Origin: Guillardia theta CCMP2712
Taxonomy: Eukaryota > Protista > Cryptophyta
Assembly: GCF_000315625.1 (NCBI RefSeq)
Contig: NW_005434613.1
Location: 342,441 to 406,417 of the forward strand
Length of the DNA: 63,977 nt
Direction of reading: 5' to 3'
Shown: in pieces, positions 39,801 through 51,800 of the stretch
How the letters are laid out: each line of letters opens with the position of its first letter
Position numbering within the stretch: position 1 is the stretch's first letter
Position numbers and translations under genes: made by a program
The notes under the pieces: model-generated
The model's input: the letters and a program-made list of their open reading frames with translations, nothing else
The model's database searches: none
What the model was told of the DNA's origin: nothing

Positions 39801-42800
39801 AGCCTGTAGATTGAAATGGAATTCTCATACATATCCACACCATACACGTATCTTCCGTCGGGACTGAAAGCTGCAAAGAAAGGTCAGCAAACTTGTCATG
39901 ACACGATACTTCACATCACCTCTGGCCTGCGACGACAAAAGTCCCTGCTCTTGGCCGATCTTGTCCACTCCATGGGAAACATAGTTCAACCAACCGTCTG
40001 AGGACAGGTTGTACCTAGACAAAGATGCTGGCAGGAAGCATTTGGCTGTTGAGATCATGGTAGCAAAGTTGTCCACACATAGTGACCTGACGTTTTCATA
40101 GACTTGAACATGTTTGACCTGCTTGTCGCTCATGCAGACTTGATTGGTCATATCTGACACCCAAAGGCGATCGGCGGATACGTTGCCCTGGTCAACATTT
40201 GCGAACTGGAAGTCTGGCGGGTCATTGATGGAGACAATCTGCAATGAGAAATGATGTACAATGCTGAATGGCTCATCTAGCGGCAGACCCGACGCTCCGT
40301 TGTCTTTAAGCCGAAAGTCGATGGAAATGTTGCCCGAGAAGAATGGAGTGAAGTACAACACAAGCTCTCCAAACTTCGCGTTGAATGTGAGAGATGGGAA
40401 CTTGGCAAACGCGTTTGGCGGGAAGATTCTTTCGACGACCAAGGACAGTGTCTGACTTGCTTCGTTGGCTGGCCCCGGGCTGACGTCAACAAGGAATTGC
40501 GACAGGATTGCTTTGCCATGGTTTTCAGAGAGCTGATAATTGGAGTACTGTGAAGATATGGCAAAGGACGGCGGATCATCAACGCAAGTGACATTTAGCA
40601 TGATCTGATAGATGGAAGTTGAGTTTTGTCCACGATACATCGTACCTCCATCATCCTGTAGTGATAAGTTCACGTATGTGATGCCGCAGTAATTTGGGTC
40701 TGGGATGACTTGGATGTAGCCAGAGCCATTGATGATGGATGTGTTGACCAGAAGCACGTCGGACGGAGCAGCAGAGGTGAAGAATGAAACAGTTTGAGAC
40801 GGTTCGTACATGCTCGCATGACCGTCTGAGCTGATGTTCTCCGCGAACAGGAGCAGGTCGCTTCTAGAGTCTTCCAAGAATGAGATCTCAGGAAGCACAA
40901 GTTGAAAGGCAGGCTGCAAGTTTTGAAACAGAACATCGATGGTCAGCTTCAATGCCCTCGACATCTTCTGCGTCCCATCAGCCGTATGGTTGTCTTGAAG
41001 GTAGACTGAGAAAGAGATAGTCCCTGATACATGCGGTTTCAAGGTAAACGACAGGCTCCCGTCCGCATAATCCAGAGCAGGTTCTGAATCGAAGATCGCT
41101 TTGCTTGCGTTCATGTCATCAGGGACAATAAAAAAAGTAGCTGTTTGCGTTTCGCACGAGTACCTCTCCGGGCAGTTCTCAGAGCCAGTTCCATCCTCGA
41201 ACACGCCACATGAGATGGCGTAGGCAAACGAGGAGTATCGATGCGACAAGGAGTTGTAGTCCGTGCAAGACCTTTCCAGCGGAGGCTGAAAAATATCTCC
41301 GGCAGGACCAAGACAGCCTGTATCTTCCACAAGAGCAAACCTGTCGGTCACGAGCTCGAAGTAGGGAGGATCATTGACAGGCAAAACATCAATCGTGATG
41401 TTGGAGATCGGACTTGAATCGTCTCCTCCTCCGCTATCACGCAGGTACAAGCTGTACAAGGCACTCCCAAAGCGATGGAGGACTGGCTTGATGATGAGAA
41501 CCCCAAACTCTCCGTCCGTTACCATACTCTCGACATCCAACAAGCCCGGCTCGCCTTCAACGGGGTAGATCACCCATGTCAAGTCCTGAGCTTGTTCGTT
41601 CCAACCTCCCCGAGAAACGTTGCCTGCAACTTTCAGTCGAGTTTTGTCAGCATCCTCCTTGATTGTGACGCTCTCGTTGAGCAGGGAGAACGTCGGCGGC
41701 TGGTTGACCTCCAGGATTCTCAAGTTGACGCGATAGGGCACCACTGAGCCCTGGACGCGTTCGCAGCTGTCGGAGAAGTTCCTCTCCAACGTCAAGTCGA
41801 ACACGATGAGACCATTCCGCTGAGGGGCGAGGGGGCATGTGATGTTTCCGTTGAGGTTGGCCGTACAACCAGCCTCAGATGTCAGCAACCAGTACTGCCG
41901 ATCGCTCTGTGCGATGTCGAAGAACGTCACGTTGGTGGTAGCGTTGGCCTCGTAGGGGATCCTTACCTCGAAGACAGAGAGGGCTATGAAGTACTTGTTG
42001 TTCAAGGGCAAGACCGCAAGATCTTGAAAGGCTGAGAGAGTGAAGGTGCCGTCTGAGTTTTCAAGGACTTGGTAATCATGTTGGACAAGGTACCAGTAAG
42101 GCTCGATCTCCACCGTAAAGTTGTGTGGCTCCGACCTGTTCACCCCGCCGTTTTCTGTTCCCCCGTTGTCCTCGAGAAAGACGTGAATCACAAACTGACC
42201 GTATGATGCTGATGTGTTGGGAGCTCGGACCGTGATATTCCCCTCTTTGTTTACCTCTATCTCAGTTTCTTGAAACAGACTGAAGTCGCCGTCAGCAAAT
42301 TCGACCCGGAAGCTGTAGTCCTGAAATTCCTCCAACGGCCCAGTTGTGATGTTTTCTGCAACTCGCCCTCGTTGCCAACGGGCTGAGTACTGCACGACCA
42401 GACATGAAAGAAGTTGTGAGAACGAAGGTTGGTTGTTGACGGGCACGATCGTCAAGATGAGATAGTGAGGTTCAGAAGTGTTGATCCCCCCGTTGTCCCA
42501 TCCACCATTATCAACAAGAACAAGCGTCAACATCGCTGCTCCATCCAGAAAGCTCTTGAGCTGGAATGTCAAGTTCCCTTGCCCATTCACAATCTCTACG
42601 CTGGGCTGGATCTCGAACAAATCAGATGCGTTTGTTGTCACCTGGAACGACAAGGACTGGTTGACTTCATCGTAGGCCGTCAGGGGTCCTGGTCGTATAT
42701 CAGAGAGGACGTCTGTGTTGCTGTACAGCTGACTCGAACTTGAAGCTTCCAACACGGCCAGAGTTGCAGTGCAATTGAAGGTAGGAGCATCATTCACAGC

Positions 42801-45800
42801 TGAGATAGTGACGTTCACGACGTGAAGTTCGGAGACATTCGTTCCTCCGTTGGCTGTTCCTCCGTCGTCAAACAGAAGAATTTCAAGAGAGACAAACCCA
42901 TTCTGGTTGGGTTTGGAGTAGAGGAGGTGGGTACCATCGCTGCCATCCTTCTCTACATAAGGAATCTGATCGAAGATGTCAAGACAGTCGAACTGCAAGC
43001 AGGTTATCACGAAGCTCAACGACTGAGACTGCTCGTCACTCGGCCCAGAGCTGATGTTATGGAAGATAGCTACCGAGTTCGTCCCAAAGTCCTCAAGCAG
43101 GGGGATCTCCGTCTGACTGATCTCAAACGTGGGGGCATCGTTCACCGGGATGATCTCGATCTCGATCCCCGTCACCTGCGACACGTTCTGCCCCCCGTAC
43201 TCTACGCCTCCGTTGTCCTGTAGCGTGATGTTGAAGTAGAAGTTCCCGTTCACATTGTGACCCGTCCTGAAGATCAAGTAGCCTGTCCTGTTCTGTATCT
43301 CGATGTACGGAGCAATGTCGAACATGCCCGTGTATGGCTCAGCCCAGTCGAAGACGAAGGTCAGCTGCTGGTACCACTCGTTGTCGGCTCCAGGCGAGAT
43401 ATTCTCTACGAAGGACTGGTTGTACACGCCGAAGTCTTCGATAGCCGAGGCTGTGGAGTTAGGCACCTCGAACGTGGGGGCGTCGTTCACCGGAATGATC
43501 TCGATCTCGATCCCCGTCACCTGCGACACGTTCTGCCCCCCGTACTCTACGCCTCCATTGTCCTGTAGAGACATTGATTGTAAACTGACCATTCTCGTTG
43601 TGGATCAGCGAGATATTCAGCATCGAGTATCCCTTTCCCAAGTTTTCACCGTCGTGGACGAAGATTAGTGTGGGTGACTCTACAAGTTTCTCCTCGCCTG
43701 TCGTGACCAACAAGGAGAAGGTGAGGTTTTGAAACCTCTCGTCGTACTGCTGATGACCAGCAGAAACGTTCAGCAGGAACCCGTTGACCTCCATCATGTC
43801 CTCGTACAAGAAGTAAGAACCGTTGAACTCGAAGAACGGCCTCAAGTTCTTAGGGATCACGTTGAGGTTTAGGATGTGCCATGAGTCCCCCAGGCTGATG
43901 TTGTACTCTACAAATCCGTTGCGGGATTCGCTCGCCTGGACCTCCAGGTCGGCGGATCGGCACATGGGATCGCATACGGGCTTGAAGGTGAGAACAAGAA
44001 TGCCAGGATCAACTCCATCAGCAGGTTGTAAAGCATCACCAGTGTACGCCCGATATGTCACGGCGATGACTGAGAACTCAACGATCTGCTGACCTTGACT
44101 GTTGACATAGGAATCCCTTGGAGGGAATTCAATATTGATGAACTGTGTCTCCTCTATCAGACCTCCTTGCTTCAGATCCAACGAGTCGTTACGTGTTGTG
44201 AAGGTGACATCGCTGGAATAATTCGACCTCGCATGCAGAGAGAGCGACAGGTTCGTGAAGTTCAAACCAGGCATCACAAACTTCTGCTCAAAGTTTGACA
44301 GGTAGTCAAACACCTTCTTGATGTTTGCAAACAGCGGATTGCGAATCTCAAAGATCAAACTTCCATTGCCAGGCCCCTCCATTGATCCAACCTGTAGCAC
44401 TTCGCTCGTGAACGCAACTTGCTTTGTCTCACTTTGAAGCCACTCCTTCAACTTCTGACAGATGCGATCTCCCGGTATCAAAGAATCCATCGTGTACTGA
44501 GGATACATGATGAGTTGGATGTAATACCGCAGTACGCTCAGCGTGAGGTAGTGTGTCTGTGAAACGTTGATCCCCCCATTCACGGTACCCCCGTCGTCGA
44601 CCGCAAAGATTTCCAGCTCAGCAACGCCGCTAGTCCAGGGCTTCAGCAGGAATTCAAAGACGTAGAAGTCGCTGACGTTTCGTATCTGAATGTCGCTAAC
44701 GAGGTCGCTGATCGACTTTGACGTGTTCAGGACTAGCGATCCGTTGACAAAGTCCTCCTGAGTGACGTTGGCGATGATACTGAAGGTCAGGAGCTGCTGC
44801 CTTTCGTTGTCTATCCCCTCCTTGTTCTGGTTTCCTTTCAGCACGTGCGTTACTACTGATCCATCGCTGACCTGCCTGTCTCCTTCCCACACGCTGTAAG
44901 CTGAGCCACAGCAGACCCCGGCTTCACAGCACGTCGCTCCCTGCCCTCCTTGGCAGAGGTCGAAGCTCGGTTGCTGATTCACTGCCAGACTCTCGATCTC
45001 TAGCTTGAAGGGGCCGAACGTGTCAATCCCTCCGTTCTCCGTCCCTCCGGAGTCTTTTAGGAACACGTCGACCGTCTCTTGGCCGGTAGAGTCCAGCTCC
45101 AGGCAGAAGGACACGCTCGCCGCCTTGCCTGCGTCTTCGATCAGGAAGGAGAGGTTGTAGATCTGAAGCCCGGAAGTAGAGGAGGAGTTATAGTACATCC
45201 AAATGCTCTGGTTGCCCTCCCCAGGGACCCCAGGGGCGGCAGAGGAAAAGTTGTATAAGGGGAGTGGGAATTTTTCAAGGCAGAGATCTGGCCCCGGGCA
45301 GTCAATGCAATTCTGCAGGACCTGAAGTTTACACGCATAGCTCGTGATGTTGTCACAATATTCACAAGACAACTTGGGGTAGTTTGCATTCTCAGCCTGG
45401 CAAAGAAATTCCATGAAGGGAGGATCATTCACTGGCTGGACATCGATGGAGAAATGGTACATCTTGGAGGTGTTCGATCCTCCATTAAGAGTTCCTCCGT
45501 CGTCAAAGGCGTACAGGGAAATGTTGGAACTCCCGAACGCGTTGGGCTGAGTTGCGAAGTTGAGAGTACCGTTGGCGAACAGAGCAGGAACCTCACCAAA
45601 CATATCGTAGGACAACGTCAAAAGTGAGAAACTGACAATCTGAAGAGCTTCCGGCCAGTCCTCGTTCTGCGGTCCGACTGTTGTGACGTTGATGGGACCT
45701 GGAAACTTCTGGGCAAAGTCATAGAAAGCCTGACCGGCATCCCATTGGTCTTCGAGTCCAGAGAGCATCAGGTTGGACAGGACGATGTAGGGAGGATCGT

Positions 45801-48800
45801 TTCTTGGCAGTATGTTGATGTAGAAGTTGATCACCTCGGATTGAGTGAGGACGTTTGAGCTCGTGTCGAGAATCACTTTCTGAAATGTCAATGATAAATT
45901 TCCAAAGACATAGGGTCTGACATTGAACAGCAGGTTGCCGTAGCTGTCGATTGTTGGTACATGAGAGAAGTAATCTTCAAGGGCGTACTCGAAAGGAGCG
46001 CTAACGTTGATGATGAAAGAAACTTGCGACATGAAGTCAAAAACACTCGAGGAGTCGAGGTTGGAATAAAACTTCGGCACCACATATTCCTTCTCAAAGT
46101 TGCTCTCGACAACATCAAACGAAGAAACAGAGATGGGAAGTTGCTTCGTTGCTTCGATGACAATCATAAATGTCTGCGTGAACTTGTCGTAACCTCCGTA
46201 TTCGGTCCCTCCGCTGTCTTGCAAAGTGACGTCGATTTCCACGGCTCCTGGGATGGCAGCGTCGAATTCAAGATTTCCTTGTGGGTCCACGGAAGGAAAT
46301 TTCGTGAAGATGCTGGATTCAGCTAAGTTCGTGCCGGAGAGGTAGACACGGAATGTGATATTCTGACTGTTTTCATACGCTATCGCCTCTCCGTTGTAGT
46401 AACCCGCGTGAATGTATGTAGCCCATCCTGCAATCCTTTCCTGTCCAGTCGAGAAGACCGACTTTCCTCGGAAGAACGGAGGAGAGTTTATCTGGACGTA
46501 CTTCAGGACGTCAGCGGCTTGGAAGCTTGATGACTTGGGAACTTGTGCCCTGTTGCCATTTACAGCAAAGATAGAGACCTGAGCCTGGACCTCGTACCCT
46601 GCTGACCACTGAATCAGGGAGATATTCAATACTGGCACCTCACAAATCAGCAGCTTTGTGCTCGAGAAAGCGCAAGGGAGGGAGAAATTGGGGAAGTTCT
46701 CATTCAAAGTATAATCGACGTTGTATGTCTTGGTGTATTCAAACCCAGCGCCAGATACCTCCAGGACAGGCTGAAGGACGTACTTGTTGAGGAGATCGAC
46801 GGACTTGGGTGTAAAATCTTCGATGATGGCATTGTAACCAAAGTTTTGAAACCTTGCTATCTCGTTGGAAGTGATTGCTGGGCAATTCAAGAAACTTGTT
46901 CTGACAACTACATCTACCAAGTTGATGAGGCCGTCTTGTGGTGGGATGATAAATTCCATGGTCTCTTGACTCTTTACTTGTACTGGCAGCTCATTCTGTC
47001 GCACAACAACAAGATAAACGTCCGGAACTGAAGCAATGAATCCCACTCCAGAGATTGTGATGGTAATGTTTCCTGTACCAGGGGCTCTGTTAGGGTTGAT
47101 TCCCAGGAACTTTTCGATCAGATAAAGATTGATTGGCTCAAAGTCTGGAAGGTTGATATCGCCGGAAGACAGCTGAAGTCTCATGGTCAATTTCGCCTCA
47201 CGTTCAAACTTACCGATGCTGTAACACACCATGGTTGTGTGATTGACATAATCTACACGGCCGTATGAAACCACCTGATCCTCAGGTGAAAGAAACGAGC
47301 AATTGTACACGAGCATGGGATCGAAACCAAACCCACTAAGAGTGATGTTGGGGTTGTTGAAAGCTCCTATACAGGGATAAACATTGCCCGAGCTCCACAT
47401 CTGAATGAACAAAAACGCTCGACCGCTCTCCACACCTCTGAACCTGACATCTTGCGACTGACTCTGGAGGGAAACTTGCAAGACAAACTCAGAATGATTG
47501 ACCGTGAGCGCAGCTGGGTACATGGTCCCCCATGGTGGAGTGACGCAAAGCAGACGATTCGGCACTGTTGCTGACGCAGCATCGACAGTCCAGCTTGAGG
47601 AGGTGTTGACTGCGGTGAATGTACATTGATAAAAATACTCAGGGTTCAAACCGTATGCTTCTACTTGCAACGTCTCCCCTCCGTTGGCGAATCCCACGGT
47701 AGAGTTAAGTTGCCTCCAGGTCTCAACGACCGTTACGACGTCGGAGCATGTCTGGTCAAGAATGCTGTAAACCTGCGATCCGTTGTAGAGGACGGAGACA
47801 GAGTAATTCTTCGCTACGAGCCCCTGCGTCTCATTGAACTGGAAGATAAGAGTGCTGTAGTTGACAAGCGAGGCTCGCGCGCTGAAGGTGTTATTGGCTG
47901 ACGACAACGAAAGAACGTAACTCCCTCCCGTCACAAACCCAGCACCGACCACCGTCAGTGTTGGACTCGCTGCTTCAGCGATAGTCGGGGAGATACATCT
48001 CCATCCCTGGATAACTGTGAACAGGGCAGAGCCCTGAGCCAACGCCGAGTTGTTGAGATTTTCAAGTTGAACCCGGAAGGTCCCGGCAGGGTAATGCCAG
48101 GAAGTCACATCCACGACAAGGTCAGAGTAGCTCTGAAAGCTGACAGCAAACTCGTTTAAGGAGACGGTCGTGTTGTTCTCTCCGAGGAACTGAACGCCGT
48201 AGACGTCGCTCCCATCGAACCCGCAACCGAACAATCCCAACTGTGAGATCCGAAGCGCCGACACGTTGGTCGGGTAGAGGCTGGAGAAGACTTCAGCAAA
48301 CTGAAACTCGTCCGCACCGGCGAGCTCCAGAGGAATAACTGTATCCCCTGACAGCAGACGGACTGAGATCGGAACTCCCAGGTACGCAGGTCTTGAGGTG
48401 CCCCAACTTGAAACGTCGCAGATGATCTCTTTGTCGCTCACCACAACTCCCGGCAACGACACGTTTGTCTCTTGTCCCACCTGTAACGAGCAGTTGTAGC
48501 TCCGCGTCCAATTGAAGGCGTACCCATGAACCTTGAGCTGAGACCCAGAGCCGCAGGAGGGAACGTTTGACAAGTCCGAGGTTGACGAGAAGGAAATTTT
48601 CTCCCACATCTCATAGAACTCAAACTGTATCGTCGCCCCGCTCAGGAGTATACCAGGATCCGACCCGATCCTGAACTGCAAGGTCACATTCTCAGCCTTC
48701 GGCCAGTCAGGCAGCTTGCAAGCCCACGCTCCCCTGGTTTGGTTCAGCGCTTCATTGTTTTTCTTGGTTCCCGACGTTCCCTCGTACAAGCAGTAGAGCT

Positions 48801-51800
48801 TTGAGGTGTAGGTGAAGAGCTCTCCTGTAACAGTTATCACCGCTCCTCCCTTTGCAGGGAAGCGAGGTGACATCGGCTCGTACGTCCTCCAGTACGGCTC
48901 GAGGGTCAGGAAGCAGTCGGTTCCTGCGCTGCAGCAGATGATGCGATCCTGGAGCAAAACTTGCACAGAGAGGGAGGTAGAGTTCTCATTGACAGATGCA
49001 GGCAAGGCACATACTAATCTCGATGGACTCACTACCGTCGCATCCTTCATTATCCCGACCTCAGGAAACTTGCAATAATACTGCAACCCGTCGGTGAATC
49101 CTGCTCCTGACACTTGAACAATTTGAGTATCATAGTTGGGCGACAAGAAGCTCCAGTACGAGGAGAAATTGACACATTTGGATCCTCCGGGGTTGTCCAA
49201 CAATCCTATAGCTCGTACTGGGTCCGATAGATTCAAGCTGAAACATTTCCCGTCCATGGTTTTCTCCGATAAGATGGTCACGAACTGTACTGTACACGTG
49301 ATCGAGGATTGGCTGTTCCAGGTTACTTGTGTCGATGTCGTGGCAGGATCCAGAATGTCGGTGAGGGACTGACTGGTACTGTCTGTATAGAAGACACAAC
49401 GATACTGGTTGACTGGTTTGAAACCATACCCTGCGATCTGCACAACGAAAGACTTGTTGCCCCTCTGGCAAGGGAGCGTAACTTGGTAATCTGAGATAAC
49501 CTCCAGAAATTCGACAGTTTGCCCGGTTCCAAAAAGATCAAAGAAATCAATGACAACAGAATCATTGGTGATGATGTTCAGATTCGTGATATTCGCTGGG
49601 TAGTACCAGACTGGTGTACATCGCAAGAGTGAGCTATTGACAAATTCAACATCGGTGATTTTTACGTTTGTCCCGTCACTGAATTTACAATGGTAAGTGT
49701 TAGCAGACTCTGTGAAGCTTGACCCGTAGATTTCGATCGTTTGCCCGCTACATAAGACTCGATTCGGCGTCACCCGCACCCAGGCAGGGAGAATCTCGAA
49801 GGTTTGGTTCTGTGCCGAGTAGACAACGGTGGAGTTGGGCATACGGTAGAGGATCAAGTACCCAAAGTTGGACTCCTGCTGACGCTGGGAGAAGTCAGGA
49901 GTCTGGAAGACGATCGACGTAGTCGAGCTCGGCTGCTGCTCTGCACCCTCGATGGCCTCGCCGTTGATGTAGAAGATGCACTTGTACGGCGCCGTCGGGT
50001 CGAACCCGCTCCCATTGATGCTGTAGCTCTGCCCTCCATAGGCGTGCCGACTGATGACTTCGACTACGAAGTGAACGGCTGTGAACTTGACAGTGCAGTA
50101 AGGGTTCTCAAGGGTACAAGTGACATTGTAAGATTCCATGCTTGTGAAGGCGAGGACCTGGTCGTCACAGATCAATGAGACTTGTACAAGCTCCTCAGCA
50201 TAATCTTTGCCCCATTCAGGTGTCAACCCTTCCAGTATGGTGTCGCTCTTGATGGTAACATCTGCGTACATGTGGTTCTCAACACCGAATCGACACCTGC
50301 AGGAAGAGAAACTTTGAAAACCATAGCCGTAGATCAGGAACACCTCGTTGCCTGCGGCAGAGGCAAAGTCCGTTGTCAAACTGATGTTATCCCAGCCAGC
50401 AAACAAGTTGACTTGATGGTTGTTGAGGTTCAAAAACTCCACTCCTTCCACTTCGATGACGATCTGCGCAATGCCTGGAGTGAAGAAAGGGACCAAACAT
50501 CGGATTTGCCGCAACGCGACGATCTCGAACGTCGCGTCCTTACTCGCGTTCCTGACTGTGACGGTGATCAGCATGTCGGCAGAGAACAGAAATCCATTGA
50601 TGACAAGGTAACCGCCTTTGGACGGAAGCGAGTACCGATCGATCTCCAACCAGACAGGCTTGTACAAGAAAGATTGAGACTGCGAGCTCGAGCAAGGGGA
50701 GATTTGAAGGGTTTCTGACACCAGCAACGTGACGTTTGACAGCTTGAAGTCATACTCCGTGGACAGAAACGTCAAGGCTCGCAGACTGACAGCAATAGAG
50801 CTTGAAGTTGTCAAGTTGTCGCCAGTGGAAAATTGCAAAGTGAGCGGCTGGGAGGACGGAAAACCAAAGCCAGAGACTTGAACGACTTCTCCTCCATTCG
50901 CAAACGAGTCTGTCTTGTTCAGCGAGCTCCAGCACGTCTGGAAGGCAACGGGCCAAGAGGGAGTTTCGTCGATGTATCGCACCTTGGTGAAGGTTGACAC
51001 CGTCTCGTTCCCACAGACGAGATTCGATTGCGATGGGAACCTGCAAAGGAATGAAGTCAAACAACCGCATGGGAACCAGCAAAACTTCTCAAATTCTCTC
51101 ACCTTTTGCTTCTTGCCAGTAAGTTGATTGTCTTCTGATCAGCTCCGAACTCAAACGTGAAGTACTGACTGCCGATAGCTATGTAACCAGCCTGACCCAA
51201 CAGATCGGAGCTCAGCACCACTTCCATGCCGCTTGTGAACTCGACGCAACCCGCGGTACCAGAGACAAGTGAGACGGTAGAAGATGCTGCTAACTTGTAC
51301 AAGGATGCGTCGATGAACGTGCTGACGTCAGTCAGGTTGTAGTTTCCAACAAAGAACTCTCCCCATGCTACCGTGTAGTTAGACACTATCAGTTGCCTGC
51401 TCTCCACCGTTCCGTCCACCATAACCATCTCGTCTCCCCTGACAAACGCAAAGACGTACGTCAAGGATGGGTTGAACCCGGCCCCACTGATAGTGAAGAT
51501 CGTGTCTCCCGCAGCCGTGGAGGTCGTTGGGTATATTGGACTCTGTATGGTCTCGTAGACACTGTAGTCGATGTAGTCCGGGCGCGTGTCGTTGAGCTCG
51601 TAGTAGAAGCAACCGTAACCGAAGCAAGAAGAGCAGAGGATATCAGAGCAGTTGGTTGTATCCTGCATCCGGTCGAAGGTCTTGAGCTGTCTTTCGATCA
51701 CCTTGACGTAAGGATAGGTCGAGAACATATCTAGTCGCGCCACCATGATCTGTAGCAGACCGCTGTAGCCCTCCCACAAAGGAGTGATACAGTAAGCTTC

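Noticed and set aside
43122-43568. CRISPR-like or LTR-like reading of the direct repeat
   Set aside because: The repeat is in-frame coding sequence with synonymous differences; no spacers, cas genes or transposon ORFs were seen in the window.
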